From: an uncultured Prevotella sp.
Lineage (GTDB): Bacteria; Bacteroidota; Bacteroidia; Bacteroidales; Bacteroidaceae
Length of the DNA stretch: 40,474 nt
Assembly: GCA_964623445.1 (NCBI GenBank)
Contig: CAZURD010000003.1
Location: 1 to 40,474 of the forward strand
Direction: 5' to 3'
Shown: positions 40,268-40,474 of the stretch, piece after piece
Position numbering within the stretch: the stretch's first letter is position 1
How the letters are laid out: every line of letters starts with the position of its first letter
Notes under the pieces: model-generated
Told to the model about the DNA's origin: nothing
Seen by the model: the letters and a program-made list of their open reading frames with translations, nothing else
Database searches by the model: none
Program-made: the position numbers and the translations under genes

Positions 40268-40430
40268 GCATGGTTGCAAATGTGCAACTAAAAAGCGGGC
40301 GTGCCTCCGCTGTTTTCAACAGCTGCCTTATTGCGTCGCAACGGAGGCCGCATTACGCTCCAATTAATGCCGTTTTGGAAGCCAACGAGGCATCCATTGC
40401 AACCCATTGTCTGTCAGATTGTTGTGCAAG
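40268..40430. repeat. 22-bp cassette element (copy 5: tail + 4 cassettes + dyad; inverted relative to copy 3)
   Basis: Units at 40317, 40339, 40361 and 40383; both flanks homologous to 27439-27557 in reverse complement. Confidence 0.87.
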
Positions 40431-40474
40431 GGCATTCGTTTCAATCCCATTAACATATTTAACTTAACGGAAGC

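Noticed and set aside
1-40474. tRNA, rRNA, transposase, integrase, prophage or defence genes
   Set aside because: None recognisable by eye; all long ORFs are accounted for by housekeeping or metabolic families.

Overview
This is a GC-rich chromosomal window from a Bacteroidota organism, most likely Prevotellaceae (inferred from gene order, protein families and TTTG-N20-TAnnTTTG promoters). Most coding content is housekeeping. It includes a TonB receptor/DUF4374 lipoprotein/PepSY iron-uptake trio (XusABC-like), a glutaredoxin-like gene, map-tsaD-cinA, rpmB-rpmG-DUF4295, an NhaD-type antiporter, a partial rhamnose operon (rhaB-rhaA-rhaT), mfd, hsp20, ppiD, exonuclease-rlmI-tilS, flavin reductase-DUF4186, pheT-yebC and leuA-leuC-leuD-cimA-leuB-TPR. 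No rRNA, tRNA, CRISPR array, transposase or phage gene was seen. The unexplained structure is non-coding. (1) Five dispersed intergenic arrays are built of 17-bp cassettes plus 5-bp spacers in a strict 22-bp register. The cassettes flip orientation without breaking phase, and each array lies next to a 25-bp recombinase-site-like dyad. (2) Two sequence-distinct families of 197-bp fold-back, MITE-like elements share a TAGC-GG-GCTA apical hairpin at the same offset. (3) An unannotated Leu/Ile-rich leader peptide with terminator and antiterminator precedes the leu operon. (4) A sigma54-type promoter with phased TGCCA-N3-TG[AC]C motifs precedes hsp20.
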